From Ginglymostoma cirratum (lineage: Eukaryota), in contig JAHRHZ010000048.1 in the NCBI GenBank assembly GCA_024137785.1, positions 10,386,168 to 10,450,167 on the forward strand: DNA of 64,000 bases, read 5' to 3'. Below, in pieces: positions 25,340-39,000 of this stretch (position 1 is its first letter; each line of letters starts with the position of its first letter). The position numbers were made by a program, and so were the translations under genes. Below the pieces are notes generated by a model that worked only from the letters and a program-made list of their open reading frames with translations, was not told where the DNA came from and made no database searches.

Positions 25340-25935
25340 TTCGAAGAGTATACTAGTGTTCTTTGTTGTTACAGACAATTTCTTGAGGACCACAAACATA
25401 CTAACATGGTGATCAATGTGTCAACAACTGCTGTAATAGTGGTATCTTTAATTTGTTTCATAAAAGGGAATTTGCCAAAACAGTTGATCTCCAGGATACA
25501 GTCCCTGGGCATGGAAAATAACTGTTGCGATCTTACACCATGACAAAGAAGATTTTTACTTGAAATAAAAGGTTCTTTTGATAGTTGAGGTTGATGGAGT
25601 TGACATGCTTCACATAACTTGATCAGTTGATCGATATCCTTATTGTTGTTGAGCCCATAGAACAGAACATGTGCCAATGTCTTCGTTTCCCTGCATCCAT
25701 GTGACTTATGTGTCCATGGTGAAGGATAGCTTGATGTAGTATTTCTGGAATAATCCCTTGTTTACCTTTGTAAGTTTCAAACCTAGAGATGCCTAGTTCG
25801 CCTTGGAATATCCAGAAAGAATGATTTTGCTCAAGGACCTGGTAAATATTTTCAGAACATCGACAGATGAAGGTCTTGTTGAACTGTTGCAGCTGGACAT
25901 CTTCAGACATAGCTTGCTGAATCTGGTGCCAAAAA
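25340..25935 (-). mobile_element. Gypsy/Ty3-type pol relic (integrase HHCC zinc-binding region)
   Basis: ORFs 25623..26081 ('IQQAMSEDVQLQQ...FWIFQGELG...KGKQGIIPEIL...HISHM') and 25369..25677 ('NKDIDQLIKLCEACQLHQPQLSKEP') together give the H..H..C..C motif and the preceding Gypsy linker across frameshifts. Confidence 0.75.
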
Positions 25936-26523
25936 AAAAAGTTGTGACAGCACAGACATATTTTTAATTTAATTTTTGCGATGATTTCAAAAAGCAAGAT
26001 GGCAGAACCGACAGACGTTGGCACAGAAGTGAAGCCTTTTTTATTGTAAGAATGTTTATTTTTCAGGTAATTTCCCTGCATTTAGTTGCTTTTCATTCTG
26101 GTGGCATTTTCTTAGGGTGTGGCTGTCATTTCAGCAGCTTTATAAAACTCTGATTTTTTAAAAAATTTGATCATCTACGCTCTCCTATTTATTTCAAGAG
26201 CGTGTAATTCTGAACCTTTCTTAATTTGTTACAATTGCAGCTTTCGGTCTTGGTGGCTTTATATTTTCACTGAACACAAACAGATAAATGATGGTGACTG
26301 CTACCTTCATAAACACCACTGCTGAAACATCCTTTCAGTGTTCAATACCAACTTGCTTCCATCAACTTTTATGTCTGTTTGCAGCTATCATTTTCTAGTC
26401 CTCACTTGCTGCTACTACTGCTACCATAATCTGCTTTATATTTTTCCAAATAATAATCCAGGTAACTGGTTCATCCAAAATGTCTTCATTAATAGGTGTT
26501 TTTTTTTCCATTGGGAGACAGCA

Positions 26524-26807
26524 TGTAAGGCTTTTAGACCCTGGAACAATCTTGTGATGATATCAGAGAACTGTTCCTCACTGGGCATAAATAGCACAAC
26601 GTGGGTAAATTTAAATGGAAAGGAGAGGAGAAATACAAGGAGAGATAGACAGAAGCCTGAAGTCTCTGTCAGAGTCAGGTTTATATTGAGTCAGATGTCT
26701 GGAAGTTTATTAACAAATAACTCTGTGTGTGAATATGACTGTATGACTTACTTATGGTGTTTGCTTTATATACTTACTTACATTACTATTAAATAATAAA
26801 CGTTTTT
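26524..26807 (+). mobile_element. Possible short LTR, interrupted at its 3' end by the RTE insertion
   Basis: Starts TGTAAG, has TATA-like ATAAATA (~26587) and AATAAA (~26795). No partner LTR or TSD seen. Confidence 0.3.
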
Positions 26808-27496
26808 CATCAACAGTCTTGCAGACAGGGATGACTCTCTGCCACTCTCAGGATGAGTCCATAGGTTGCTGTACAGACTGATATGGCTACCGCAGGCTCT
26901 GTTACACTTGGAGCAGGTGGTGGTCACAGGACGGGGTGGGTGGGCCTTTAGTGTGGCAGCATGTTCCTTTCACTGTTTTCACCTGGCTTCCATTTTTTTC
27001 TGATACCAAGTCTTAAGGTGCTCAACGCCTTCTCAGATGCTCCTCCTTTACTTTGCACAGTCTTGGGCCAGTGATTCCCAGGTGTCCATGGGAATGCCGC
27101 AGTTCGACAGCCAAGCCTTGAGGGTACCACTGAAGCACTCCACGTGGGGCTCACCTGCCAGAGCTGGGAGTAGAACTCTTGCTTGGGGAGTCTTGTGTCA
27201 GTCATGCAGAAGATGTGCCCAACCCATCATAGCCAGTCAAGGTGGACAGTCCCTCGATGAGAGTTGTGCTGGCCTGGTCAAGGATGCTGGTTTTGGTGTG
27301 TCTGTCTTCCCAGCAGATTCGCAGGATCTTGCACAGACAGCATTGGTGGTGCTGCTCCAGTGTCTTGAGGTGTCTGCTGTAGACAGTCCACGTCACAGTG
27401 CCATATAGAAGGGTGGGCGCCATTACAGATCTGTAAACCATGATCTTGCTGTTGGATCTAATGTTGTTGTTCTCGAACAACCTTTTCCTCAGGCAG
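26808..27496 (-). mobile_element. RTE-clade (BovB-like) LINE 3' fragment
   Basis: ORF 27202..27480 'KIMVYRSVMAPTLLYG..TWTVYSRHLKTLEQHHQCCL.KILRI.WEDR' followed by 'MTDTRLPKQ.FYSQL' matches the RTE C-terminal pattern. Ends in a gatga-type tail. Confidence 0.85.
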
Positions 27497-27764
27497 AATT
27501 ATAAACATCTAATGACTGGCAAGCTAACTTGGTGATGAGTATGCTGACTGCCTACTGAATGTACAGAAACTAAGATGAAGACCACTTATACTCGAGCATC
27601 TCATGTTGTCATATCATCTAACTGTCCTAATGCCTTTCTGAGATCAGTGCAATAGTGCAACATTCCATGAAATGCCTGATATTATTTTCAACATTCAAGA
27701 CACGTTATAAACACAGCTTGTTTTTATTTGTTTCAGTTGTAACTAAATAGCATGTTTTCTATGG

Positions 27765-28060
27765 CATATTGGGCAACACTCTTGCCTCTGAACCACAAAT
27801 TTTGATCACAAATCTTAATCCAGGCCTTGATAGCACAAATCAAGAGGTGGTATTGCAATTTTGAAGGTGTCATCTTTTGAGAATGCAACTGATCCTATGA
27901 CACTATTTTGAAGAAGAGCAGGGAGTTTTATCTTGTACCCTGGCCAACATTTATCCCTCAATCCACGTCATAAATACAAGTATTTGTTTTCATTTCCAGA
28001 AATGTCAATTATCACATTGCTATTCATGAGAGTTTGTTGAGTGCAAATTGGCTGATACTT
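27765..28060 (+). mobile_element. Deu-domain SINE (SacSINE1/AmnSINE1-like)
   Basis: cactattttgaagaagagcagggagtt...cctggccaacatttatccctcaa...attatcacattgct...gcaaattggctg matches the recalled Deu-SINE central domain. Confidence 0.7.
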
Positions 28061-28074
28061 GCATTATTGCTGTG

Positions 28075-28330
28075 GTGCAGTCGGAGGCCATTCAATGCAT
28101 TGTGCCTGCATTGGATCTGTTACCTGGTGCCAATCTCCTGTCATTTCCCCAAATCCATGTACAGCACTTTTATCCAATTAACCATCCAATACCCCTCTTG
28201 CATGCCTCAATTGAATTTACCTCCACCACATTCCAGACTAAACATTCTATACTCTAACTAATTCCTGTGTGAAAAAGTTTTTTTTTTCTCATACCATCCT
28301 TGCTTTATTTGCACATTGCTTTAAATAATT
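28075..28330 (-). mobile_element. Degenerate CR1-like 3' end
   Basis: ggaggccattc...cctcaattgaatttacctccaccacattccagact...tgtgtgaaaaagttt is the reverse-strand CR1 tail pattern. Confidence 0.55.
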
Positions 28331-30127
28331 GGGTGTAATGCATGTTCAGGTATCCACCGGTTGTTAAAAGTGTTATACAAACGCAAGATTTCTGTTTTTG
28401 TTTGTAAAAATACTGAAAGCTATTGTGTTTGAAGAAATATTTTTTGTAAATCACATAGGGGCTAGCTTGACATAATCATGAGATATCTACCTCTGCTAGA
28501 ACTTGCTTGCACTTTCATTGTGACAACCATTAAACACTTGAGTCAGAAGTGTGAAGCTACTCAATTATTGTTCTTTTGAACTCTTCCCCTTATAGGAATA
28601 AACACAATTAATCCTCATTTAGAATAGGCCTAATGTAATCAAAAGAATTTAGCAATTCTCTTTGTCACAGGCCTGAATGGATTTTGAAATCACGTTATGG
28701 GACATCTATCATTGATACACTTGTCCCTCTATTCATCTTGCCCCATAAAGAAAATGTACATTTAGAGACGAGATCAATGTCTGTTCCCCAAAATGCATCA
28801 CATTCAGTGTGCAGGATATACTTGAGTAATAAAATAGATTCACTAAACATTCTTCTTTCGGAGGTGGCAGTTTGCAATTGATAAGGACTTTAGGACTCTG
28901 GAACCTTGTAATGATGACGTCACTGAACTGCTCCTCACTCAGCGTAAATAACATGGTGAATATTTATATTTTTGTAAATAAAGGGTGACTTGGCGATGGG
29001 ATACCAGCCTCTGTGCAGCTATTTCAATTTTTAATCTTCATCACAACTCTTCATCAATAGATTGTTCCTTCTAACACTTGGGGTCTAATTGCAAATCATG
29101 GTAACGCATTGCAATTCTATGATTTTCCCCATCTCAACAGAAATTACCAAGTGGATTTTCGCAATGGATAGTAAATATTTCCATCAGAGAGACAAATATG
29201 TTAGCACTCTATCAATTTTGCGACAGGGCCACAGTGAGCAGAAAATACATCTATCTTTTTAAATAAAATTAAGCTCAAAGTCATCCAGAATTCCCAGCCC
29301 AAACAAAAACTACAAAAATACCCATAACAAAATAGAAAAATGGCTTACAGACCATTTACGAGGAATTCTAATATCTTCCATCCTTTGTGTTGTACCAGTA
29401 ATGGGCATTAATGGAGTTACTGCTGGGAACACAATGGAAAATGTAAGTAACTCAGGAGAATTCAATAGAGCTTCATCATCATGGGACATTTTGTCAGAAT
29501 CTTCAAAGTTTCTTCTCTTCAGTGAAAACAAAATAGTATCCAATGATCATAAACTTGGCAAAAACAAATGAAAAGAAAGGCTAGCAAGAAACCGGGATAT
29601 GGCATAATACCAAATGCTTACATTTCAATGCGTATGATATCTATTGCAGAATCAATGGTCGTCAAATGGTACTAGTTTCATTGTGGCTAACCTTTCTGAG
29701 TCACTTCCGTACATTATCTTCTGGTTATGACACTGTGGTAGGCACACTTTTGATTATCTCTGAGTATTAGTTTTAAATGTTGCGTGTTCTTGCACATCTG
29801 ACAACTTTGGAAGCTGTCCAAAACACTCATCAGTTACTTGATTATGATTAATGATAAGCATGGGCCCAACGTTTTCTAGGCTGAGTGCTACAAGAATTAT
29901 CAGTATAAATCACATTCAGGTGCAATGATAGTAGTAGCCATTGTAAAATAACATTGCCATGACAATTATGATTTCTAAAAAGTAGTGCTTACATATAGAT
30001 ATATCACTGCAATTAACAGATGCTGCGCAGAGAGGTGAAAGTTATGATGTAAGTTGTTGCTGAGATTCATAAACTTGCAATTTATCCATGGTTTAAAGCA
30101 AAGAGCCTACATTTATAGATATTTTGT

Positions 30128-30368
30128 AATCAACCTGTTCACAATTGTTATTACATGCCTCTGGAGCAGATGGGACTTGAACCCAGGCCTCGTGTCTCAG
30201 AGGTAGGGACACTACCAATATATCATAAGTGCCTGACAGCCAGCATTATATATATATGCTCTAATCAAACTGTTCAGAGATTTTATCACATACCTGTGGA
30301 GCAAGTAGGATTTGAACCTGGGTATCCTGGTCCAGAGGTATAGACATGACCACTGCAACACAAGAACC
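30128..30368 (-). mobile_element. Two tandem short tRNA-derived SINE heads
   Basis: Copies at ~30128-30217 and ~30262-30368 read tggtagtgtccctacctctga...gggttcaagtccca on minus (A and B boxes). A third homologue lies at 49778-49885 (+). Confidence 0.7.
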
Positions 30369-30374
30369 TGCACT

Positions 30375-30775
30375 TGTTCAGCACAGTATATAATCCAGGA
30401 CATCTGATATCAATTTTCATTGATGACGTACCTTTGAAGTAGAAAACCTATTGTTTATGTAGTGAAATACAGCAATTACCTTGAGCACAGCAAGCTGTCA
30501 CTAACGGCAACGAGATAAATGACCACATAATCTATTTTAAGGATGTCATATGAGAGATAGATATTGGGCAGGAAATTTGGAGAACTTTTCTGTTCTTCTT
30601 GGAAAGTTCCACTTAAGAAAAAGGACAGGACTCAGTTAAATTTGTCATTGCAAGTAACAACACCTTCAACAGTACAGCATTCCCCAGTATTAACCTGGGT
30701 TGTATGCTCAAGGCTCTGGAGTGGAGTATGTGACCCTGATCTGCTTACTTAAGCATTAAAGTCCTATCAATGAAC
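30375..30775 (-). mobile_element. Deu-domain SINE, degenerate
   Basis: gcacagcaag...ataaatgaccacataatctatttt...gatagatattgggcagga...ctgttcttctt is reverse-complement homologous to 27900-28050. Confidence 0.6.
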
Positions 30776-31254
30776 AAAGAATAAAATCAACTTAATCTGT
30801 CACTAGAATCCTTTGATTCAATTTAAGGTTAAGTTCTTATAGCAGGTTGCCGTTCTTAACTGTATTATGGTATTTATTCATCTTTCTGAATAACATAAAC
30901 TTACTGCTATTTGAAGAAAAATAAAGTAAGTTACCAACTTATTTAATGAAAGACTTGGTATTTTTGTATACCATTCCTTCATGTGTCATTTTAATATGCA
31001 TATTAACATCTTTTTCTTTAACGTCTTTCTTGAGATAAGTCAGTAATGTCATTCAAATGTATTAAATGTAAATGTAATAACTCAATCATTAACATCTCTA
31101 CACTGTAGTTGCTTGGAATTAATAAATGCAAGAAACAAATCACTATCAAGATGTTGTGAGAAATGTTAAATTTCACTACACCCTACCCCCAGTGGAAGTT
31201 CTCCCGTGGGCTATGAACGCAGAAAATATTCCAAACATTCTGTTGAGTCTTTGG

Positions 31255-31560
31255 ATAGATGTCCCCTCTCTGTCTCTGTAAACTCCTGAAGCCCTGAAAT
31301 AGTCCAAGAACTCTGCATTCTTTCAAACATACCTTCTTGTACAGACCCTCATTTTGTTGACCTTATTATTGGTACTCATGCTTTCCACAGTTCAAGCTTA
31401 CATGTAAGTCATTATCCTTGAAGCTGCCCCTTAAACATTCCTCTTTAACAAAGCTTCGAGCTACTTGTCCTAGAACATCTCCTCCCTTGACTCATTGCAC
31501 ATTTTTGTCTGAAGCATAAGAATTTTAAAGGCATTATTAAAATACAGGTTGTTATTTGTG
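31255..31560 (+). mobile_element. L2-like LINE 3' end, degenerate
   Basis: ccttaaacattcctctttaacaaagctt...aaaggcattattaaatacaggttgtt resembles the L2-type tail shared with Deu-SINEs. Family assignment from recall. Confidence 0.45.
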
Positions 31561-32062
31561 TAAAGCTACCACATAGATTTAAACCATTTGAGCCTCCTTA
31601 TGTCCATAACTTATAAAGTGCAATTCCAACCAAAGGATGGAACCAATTTACACAATTGTTCTGGAGAAGGATTTTGCTAAAAAAGAATGTTATCGCTCCT
31701 TGCTTAATAGCCTACTGTCTATTTCCTAAATATTCTAGTTTTCTTGCAAAAGTGTTGGTAGAATTTTGTTATTTTCAGTTAATATGTTTTGTAGCCTGTG
31801 AGTCACTGTGCCCAGTCTGGCCTGGTTCGCAATGACTTTTCTCATGCCATCTTTTCTTTAGTTCACTAATTATGCAGCAGTCTCTATGGCACTCTTCCCA
31901 TGCAATTTCACAGCATAGGTGTAGGTGCTCTCCACCATTGGCCGTGGCAGTGGCTATGCCATTGGCACCATATTTAAAGCCCAGTTTTGCACCACTTCAG
32001 ACACAACTACAAGCCAGTAATCATTCACCACGTTGTGGCACTCCCCTATTGTCACTGAAGAC

Positions 32063-32620
32063 ATGGCCCAGAAAAGTTAGTTTGTATCCTGCTTCGTAGA
32101 CGGATATCTGAAGTGTTAGCAGACAGGGTGGTGGAGAGGTGGCCATCCTTAAGGCTATTAACCTTCACTGGAGGTCATGCCAGCAGCTGTGGATAGGTGC
32201 TGGGGTCAGTGCTCTGCCCCAGGTTAAAAGAAACACTCAACATTTTCGAAAGATGGCTAATGTTCTTCCGCATTTCGCATGGGTGAGCAAACCATTTTCT
32301 CTCTGCTACCTCAGACTCACAGGGCTGCTGCTCACTCTAGCTCTGTCAATGCACAAATCTCGAAACAAGGTTCATGAACTACAACTCTCAGTATTGCATG
32401 CACCGTGTCCACTCAAGAGCTCACACTCTCCTTGTCCTCTGAGTTTATAACCCATCCTGGGTTCTGCATTTCGCACTCACTTACTGGGGACATCTCACTA
32501 CCACTCCTATTCTTACATCACCAATAACAGTTCTTCCATCCTCATCCATCAAACTCAATGCCACACTCTGTCTCATTGCAGGAAAACTCACCAAGCAGCC
32601 AGTCTAATGTTTGACTGATC
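32063..32620 (+). pseudogene. Decayed Myb/SANT-like gene of a Harbinger-type transposon
   Basis: ATG at 32063. Fragments 'SCFVDGYL', 'LADRVVER' and 'WIGAGVSALPQVKRNTQHFRKMANVL' resemble Myb_DNA-bind_5 (F.D..L..L...V; W..VA..VS...R...QCRKK.N). Donor GTGAG at 32283, acceptor ctcattgcAG ending 32581. Confidence 0.6.
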
Positions 32621-32967
32621 TACTGCTAATCCATACTTGTTTGCACTTGAGCTGCTGGACTAACTAAGGCTCAATTCTAGGTCTGTAAAAACACCGATCC
32701 CCGTACTCTCGTAGGAACAAGAGTTTGACTATCCAACTCTCTGGACCGGCATTAGATGAATTCCTTCACTGCAGTGATGGCACACTCCAAGTCACAGTAG
32801 TCCCCTTGACCACACCCAAGGATTAGTCCCCTTTGCCTGTCAGACCTAGCCACTTCCTTGAAGCATACTTAGTGTTCTTGCCACATAAACTGCTGCCACA
32901 TGCTACAGGTATGACAGCGACATAGCATGATGCCATACAAAGACATGTCCACCCCTTTGATTGTTCA

Positions 32968-33062
32968 ACAAAAACAGACATTACTGGAGAAACTCAGCAG
33001 GTCTGGCAGCATCTGTGGAGAGAAAGCAGAGTCAATGTTTCAGGACCAGTTACCTTCTTCAA
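32968..33062 (-). mobile_element. PLE-type family B mini-element with decayed hammerhead
   Basis: aaaaacagacattactggagaaactcagcaggtctggcagcatctgtggagagaaa is homologous to 25227-25322 and ends at the (U)UGAAGA core. Confidence 0.8.
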
Positions 33063-36000
33063 TTGGATGATGCCTGAGACAAGCAATTGGTGAGATACAG
33101 CCACCAGGCACCTGCACAGACCTATACATCAAGAATTTGTAGTAGATAGTTTCTTGGATAAAAAGAGCAGAACTGGAAGTAATTGATAAACAAAGTGAGT
33201 TGAACTATTAATGACATTCAAATGCTTTGAAATAGGATAGTTGCCGGTCAATAAGCTAAAAGGGAAGAACTGAAAACAAACTCAGCACTGAGATTCTGAT
33301 GTTTTTATTCTCACAATATTTTCTCAACTTTTTCCCCATTGGCTCACCAAAAAGGTGAAAATCCACACCTGTATCCTGTTTGCTCAGCAAAATGTTGCAT
33401 ACCTCACTGGCAGAGTGCATACGTTCAGCCACTCTGCATTCTGCACCTCTACATGAGGAATATCCAAACAATATATATCATTTTAGAAAACTGTTGCTTT
33501 ATAAAATTGTAAAGGTTTGATGTCAACAGTTGGATTTATTGTTTAAAACATCAACAGAATGAACTTAATAGCACCTCCAATGTTGAATCACAGGTCACCC
33601 AAACCCTTGTTATAGGAGCAGATTTGAAACATCACTTTAAATGGGAACAAGAATGCAATTCTTACAGATTGTGTGTAATATTTATACACCTGACCTAATT
33701 CCATCTAGCAAATAGTCACATTTTCCACATCTTCCCTTGTGCATAAACTTTGCAAGGATTTCTTTAAATGCATGTTCTTAACTTTACATACCATACATTG
33801 TACGCATTCATAGGGCCTGTGCATTGTGTTAAGAACAAATGATGTTCCCATATCCTAATGTACCACATTTTTGCCCTTGTACACATTCAGCCATTTAGCT
33901 CTGTCCTCACTATGAATGATGAATAGAATTTTGATTATATGCATCATCACTGTTAATATGCCAACCAATATCTTTACTACTTCTAATTTAAAGGTAAAGT
34001 GATCATCACTTCAAGCCCTTATGTTGTATATTTCCCAAATTTATATCATCTGTCACATCTGCCATTAGCACATTCTGCTGGACTGACAGACGTATTTTCC
34101 TACAGCTGGATTGGGGAGATGGGCTCTACCCTCAGAAGATTCAGTCACATTAGCTGCTGAGCTGAATGCATCGTTTGAACAATGGAAGCCTGTCAGCACA
34201 GACAGCAGGGCACAAATGTATGATCTCAACACTGACAGTGAGGGTCTCTAAGGGTAAACTGCTTTGCTGGAACTAATTAAACATATGAAATTATTACAAG
34301 AATATGCAGATGTTGTTTACATTTTACCATATGCTATTATGCCAGGTAATAACTTGCACATGGAAGACACCCCCATCAAGAAGAAATGGTCTGAAGCATA
34401 GTCTCCAGGTGTCACCTTTGAGCTGCTTGGCTGACTGTGAATTTGACAGAACCTGACTGTATAAAAGCAGCTCTCTGCCTTGCATCAGTTATCTATTTTG
34501 ACATGTCCTGTTGTTAGTCATCAGCAGTAGTGATTTTATATTACCTTCCTACCTTTTACAGATTGCTTGCTGTAATGAGGAGGTAATTTCAACAATTAAA
34601 AGTATGCTCACCTGCAAACCTTGAATATTAGGGTTTGTGATTATTATTATTTTTCTGCATTTCCAGATACTGCTGACTGGGTTGCATCAATCGTAAAATA
34701 TTTCTCACAAGATGATTAGATAAATTGAAATATAAGACACCAACTTACCAAGGCACCGTAATCTTAATACACAGGGGACGTGGGAAACAATGAACTTTGC
34801 TGTTAAAGTGTTAGTAAGTTTTCAGTTCCATTGAAATGACTGTGAAGTATTTTACAAATAGATTTAAAAAACTTCCAAATTGTCAGTTTCACAGAAATTG
34901 AATGTTATGCCAAGGATATAATAATGAACAAATTGTAGAACAAAAAATGTGAAGGTAATAAAAGGTTTATATTAAGAGCCTGAACAGGATTTCAGAACAG
35001 AAGTATGTCTTTGTTTTCAACTTTTTAGTTTTATTCAAACTATAATTCTTTTATGATGGTCAAATTGTGATTTTTGTAGCATTAATAAATTTCCAAATAT
35101 CATTCTTCCATCATCCACATATAGAATACAAGCTAATTCCCTCTAAAATATATCATATCAATATACTAAAATAAATATATTCATATATACATCTGTTTCA
35201 ACAAATAACCATCTCCAGAAAAAGAGATAGCTATTTTAACATCATCAGCCATATTTTGAGAACATATCTCTTGAGGAGTTAAAGAAGAAAATACTGGAAT
35301 TACAGTTCAGGTCTGTCAGTGTTTATCATGACCAAATATAAATTCATTAGAATTTGTAGTCAGAAGTATTCTAATAAAGAATCTGCATCCAAAATATTAT
35401 CCCTTTTATATGTTGTAATGGACAAGTTTCATATTTTGTGACACATTCCATTTTCTTGCAATTGCTGGCCTTTGTATTTCTATTTCCGTGAAAAAAACAC
35501 TTCCTAAAAGATAAAAAATAATAAATGCAGGATTTTGTATTGAATCCATAATTTGGAAAAATATGTCAGATAGTTTTAATTTTATTATCAATTATTTCAT
35601 CTATATTTGATTTGTTTAAATATTTTTTTCCACAATATTCCTTTCACTAATCTCTCTCAATGACTAAGTACAAAAATCTTTTGGCTTTTTAGACAAACAC
35701 TGGCTAGAATATTACTTTTCTTTATCTTTATGCTGTTTATTTTGACATTGCAACTGCTGCCATAATAAATATTTTGTTATTTTGTTTCCCTTATTAAAAT
35801 CTTCCAAATATATGTAATTAAAAGCTTTTAAGAAAATTAACAGAAGAACAATTTGGTCCTAAGCATTTTTACATGCACAACTTCCTAACCACTGCAAGTC
35901 TGCTTGGAAACAATTATTAGTTAATCAGTGTCTAGTAGTTGAAAAGGCTTAGCTGATATTAACTATGATTTTATTATTTGTAATCAGATTCATATACTTA

Positions 36001-39000
36001 TCGGCAATACCAGTTTCAATCATCAATCATTGACTTCGACAGTGCAATGTTCATGCAGATAAATACACACTTAGGTAACTCGTTGTCATATTAATGTAAC
36101 TGATCAGATAGGTTTCTTAAACTAGAATTGTATAATGCTGAGCTTATAACTGGCACCAGGCTACATAGCTTTATTCATTTGAAAAATCCTGTTTGTAGCA
36201 AGCTGATATTTATCTCTAGAAATGGGTTCTATATATTCTTTCTTTGAAAATTGAAGTTCTAAGCCGTTTGCAGATCATTGGTTTATTATGGCATCTGTTA
36301 AAGTATTATTGAGTTTGATGCACAGAAACTATTTCAGAAACTGCTCAATAAAATTAAATTGAACGTTGTGCTTCTAAGAAAAATGCAGTTTAAATGCACA
36401 AAATTTGTGAAGATATTAAAGTATTTTACAAAACAACTTCAAACAAAGTGAGATTTGATTAAAAACCAACCAATTGCATGGCTGACAGTAATTTCAGCTT
36501 GAAAAGCATTTCACATATGAAAAAAAAACATGAATCCACTTGCTTTGGTTTTCTGACTAATAAAAGTCAACCTCACTTTCCATTGGATTTTCTTTAATTT
36601 GACCATTAATATGTGGAAATAATGCTCTTACCTGTTAAAGATGAATTACTTAATATGCTGGTTCATGCATAACATTCTTCATTTGCTTCTATTTTCCTTA
36701 ATAATTCATAATATTCAGAAAATCAAATGCCATTTCAATCTGGTACGGAAAGTAGGCTATCAAGATCAAAATACAAACTGGTGTAAAATACCAGATGTGT
36801 GTTCTCGCGATGATTATCTACATTCCATGTTAATTTAACAAGTTTTTTTTCTACATTACAGTGTATTATAAATATTCTGGAAATATTAGGAGAGTATGAA
36901 ACATGTTTAAATAGCTTGAATTGAATCACTTTAATATGGTTATTCAAAAACATCCACCGATGTGTAAAGTACATTATTTACGCATATGCAGATATTGCTA
37001 ACAACAAATAATATTTTAAAGTAAAATCAGGTAGCAATGCATAATGTGAGACAATCGTTACCAGCTTTATAAGTAATTTAGCTGCTAACAGTTTTTCCAT
37101 TCCTAAATATCAGAAGACACTAAAACAATGAAGTCTTTACCATAATCTTTTCACCATCCCATGAAGCATTCCAGATTATTGTGCCTTTGATTTTAAAATT
37201 ATGCAGAAAGTACCATCCTGGAGGTTACTGAACTGCTTGACTCCCATGCTGTTCGGGACCGGCTGTCTTTAATGAACCAGACAGCCTACTATTGAAAGTG
37301 ATGCCCACCTCTAACCTTTTTAGTGCTACTGCTCCCCTCCTTTCGGGTTAGCATTCAGCTGAGGGGTACGACAATTTGGCAGAAGTTTTCAGACTAGTTG
37401 GCAGCCAGTACATCCCTGGGAGTTTTCAGCTGACATCTCTCTCAACCAGTCTGAACAGAGGTCAGTGGCAACCCTGACTCCCAGGCCCCAACGCACCAAA
37501 CTGTGTCACAAGTCATGACCAATATAAATTGAAATTTTAAAGCTTCACTGTGAAGATTTTACTTCCCTCAGTACTTCCTGGGTGACAGCTTACATTTCAC
37601 TTGGTTCCAATTTCAGCCTTATTATAGCATTAAACATTCTGAATGTGTGCAATAAACAAGGAATTTAAATGATTGATTTTCGAGGAGTGTTGAAACTATT
37701 GGCTTTTACTGCAAAAGCATTAGTTTGTAAAGGTTAGACAACAATGTGGGGGTCTTTACATATATAAGAAATTGTACCAGTATTTGACGCGTTAGCAGTG
37801 TGACACAGTATTGAGCACTTCTCTTTTAGAAAAGCATTGGTTTAAAAAGAAGCATATTACGTTTGTAAATATGTTTTCCCCCAAGTACAAAGAAGTTCTC
37901 AAAGGAATTACTAATACCAATAAAAATAAATTAAGGTACTTATCTCAGCAGTGATGCCAACAATTGTAATTCAGGTGATTACTTTTCTGCAAGGCATTTA
38001 GCCAGAAAACAATACGGTATTATTATTCTGACTGAACAGCAAGTTATTTGAGTACTACGGCTTCTTGTCACAATGTCTTATAAAATGAATTCTAGCAGGC
38101 CTGGAGGAGTACATTTTCATAATGTATAGAATGTACATCCCTTGTGTTAGTTTATAATGAGAATAAAAAAGGCCAAACTATGCTGACAAAAGATGTAGTT
38201 ATTAACAATTTATGCAAAAAATGTGCATAGCAATACAAATATATCCCAAAAAATGCAATACTATTTTAAAAATATTACAATGGATGTAGTTAGCCTCTTG
38301 CAATTTTCACTAAATATACTTGAACATTTGAAAAAGTCAAGTGTGTCAGAGCTTGTTTACATTCTCGATTTAGAAGTACATTTTTCCAATGTATTTCAAT
38401 ATAAAGGAAGTTACAAGAGACAATATGTATTATGCGTCATATTAAGGTTTATTTAATTTTTATTCCTTTAACACAGGTACTCTGAATCAGAACAGAGAGT
38501 ATTTCATGATATTTTAACTAGTTATCTGTGCTTTAATTAAAAAAAAGCTGATGCCACTCCAAAAATGACACCAGTAAAATTGCATCTCTTATATCACATA
38601 GTCTCATTACAAATGTTAATAATACTTGTTCATATTCAACAGATCATTGCATGCACTCTGTTAACTGAATGGTGTTCCTGTCACTTCTCTCATATTGGGA
38701 TTTTTGCCTGATGACTAGCCAATTAAAATGCTGTAATTTAAATAATAATGTAGTAGGACCAAACACTGTAAATATGCTAATTGAAATAGCTAAAGTAATG
38801 GACTGTAGGCATTGATGTTAAAACATACACTTTCCAAATGTTTTGTGAAAAGATAATGTGACTTTAGTTCTTTATTCAAAAGTTCTTTAAAGAAATCGTT
38901 ATCCCTTTAAGAGTTATTATGATAAAAATGGTGTAATATGAGTCAAGTATCGGATATAAATTCAATAATATTACACTTCTTTTCATTGAAAAAGAAGGAA

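Noticed and set aside
26338-26796. 152-aa ORF and the other short ORFs in the track
   Set aside because: Often non-ATG starts, compositionally random, overlapping repeats, with no splice-consistent or domain evidence.
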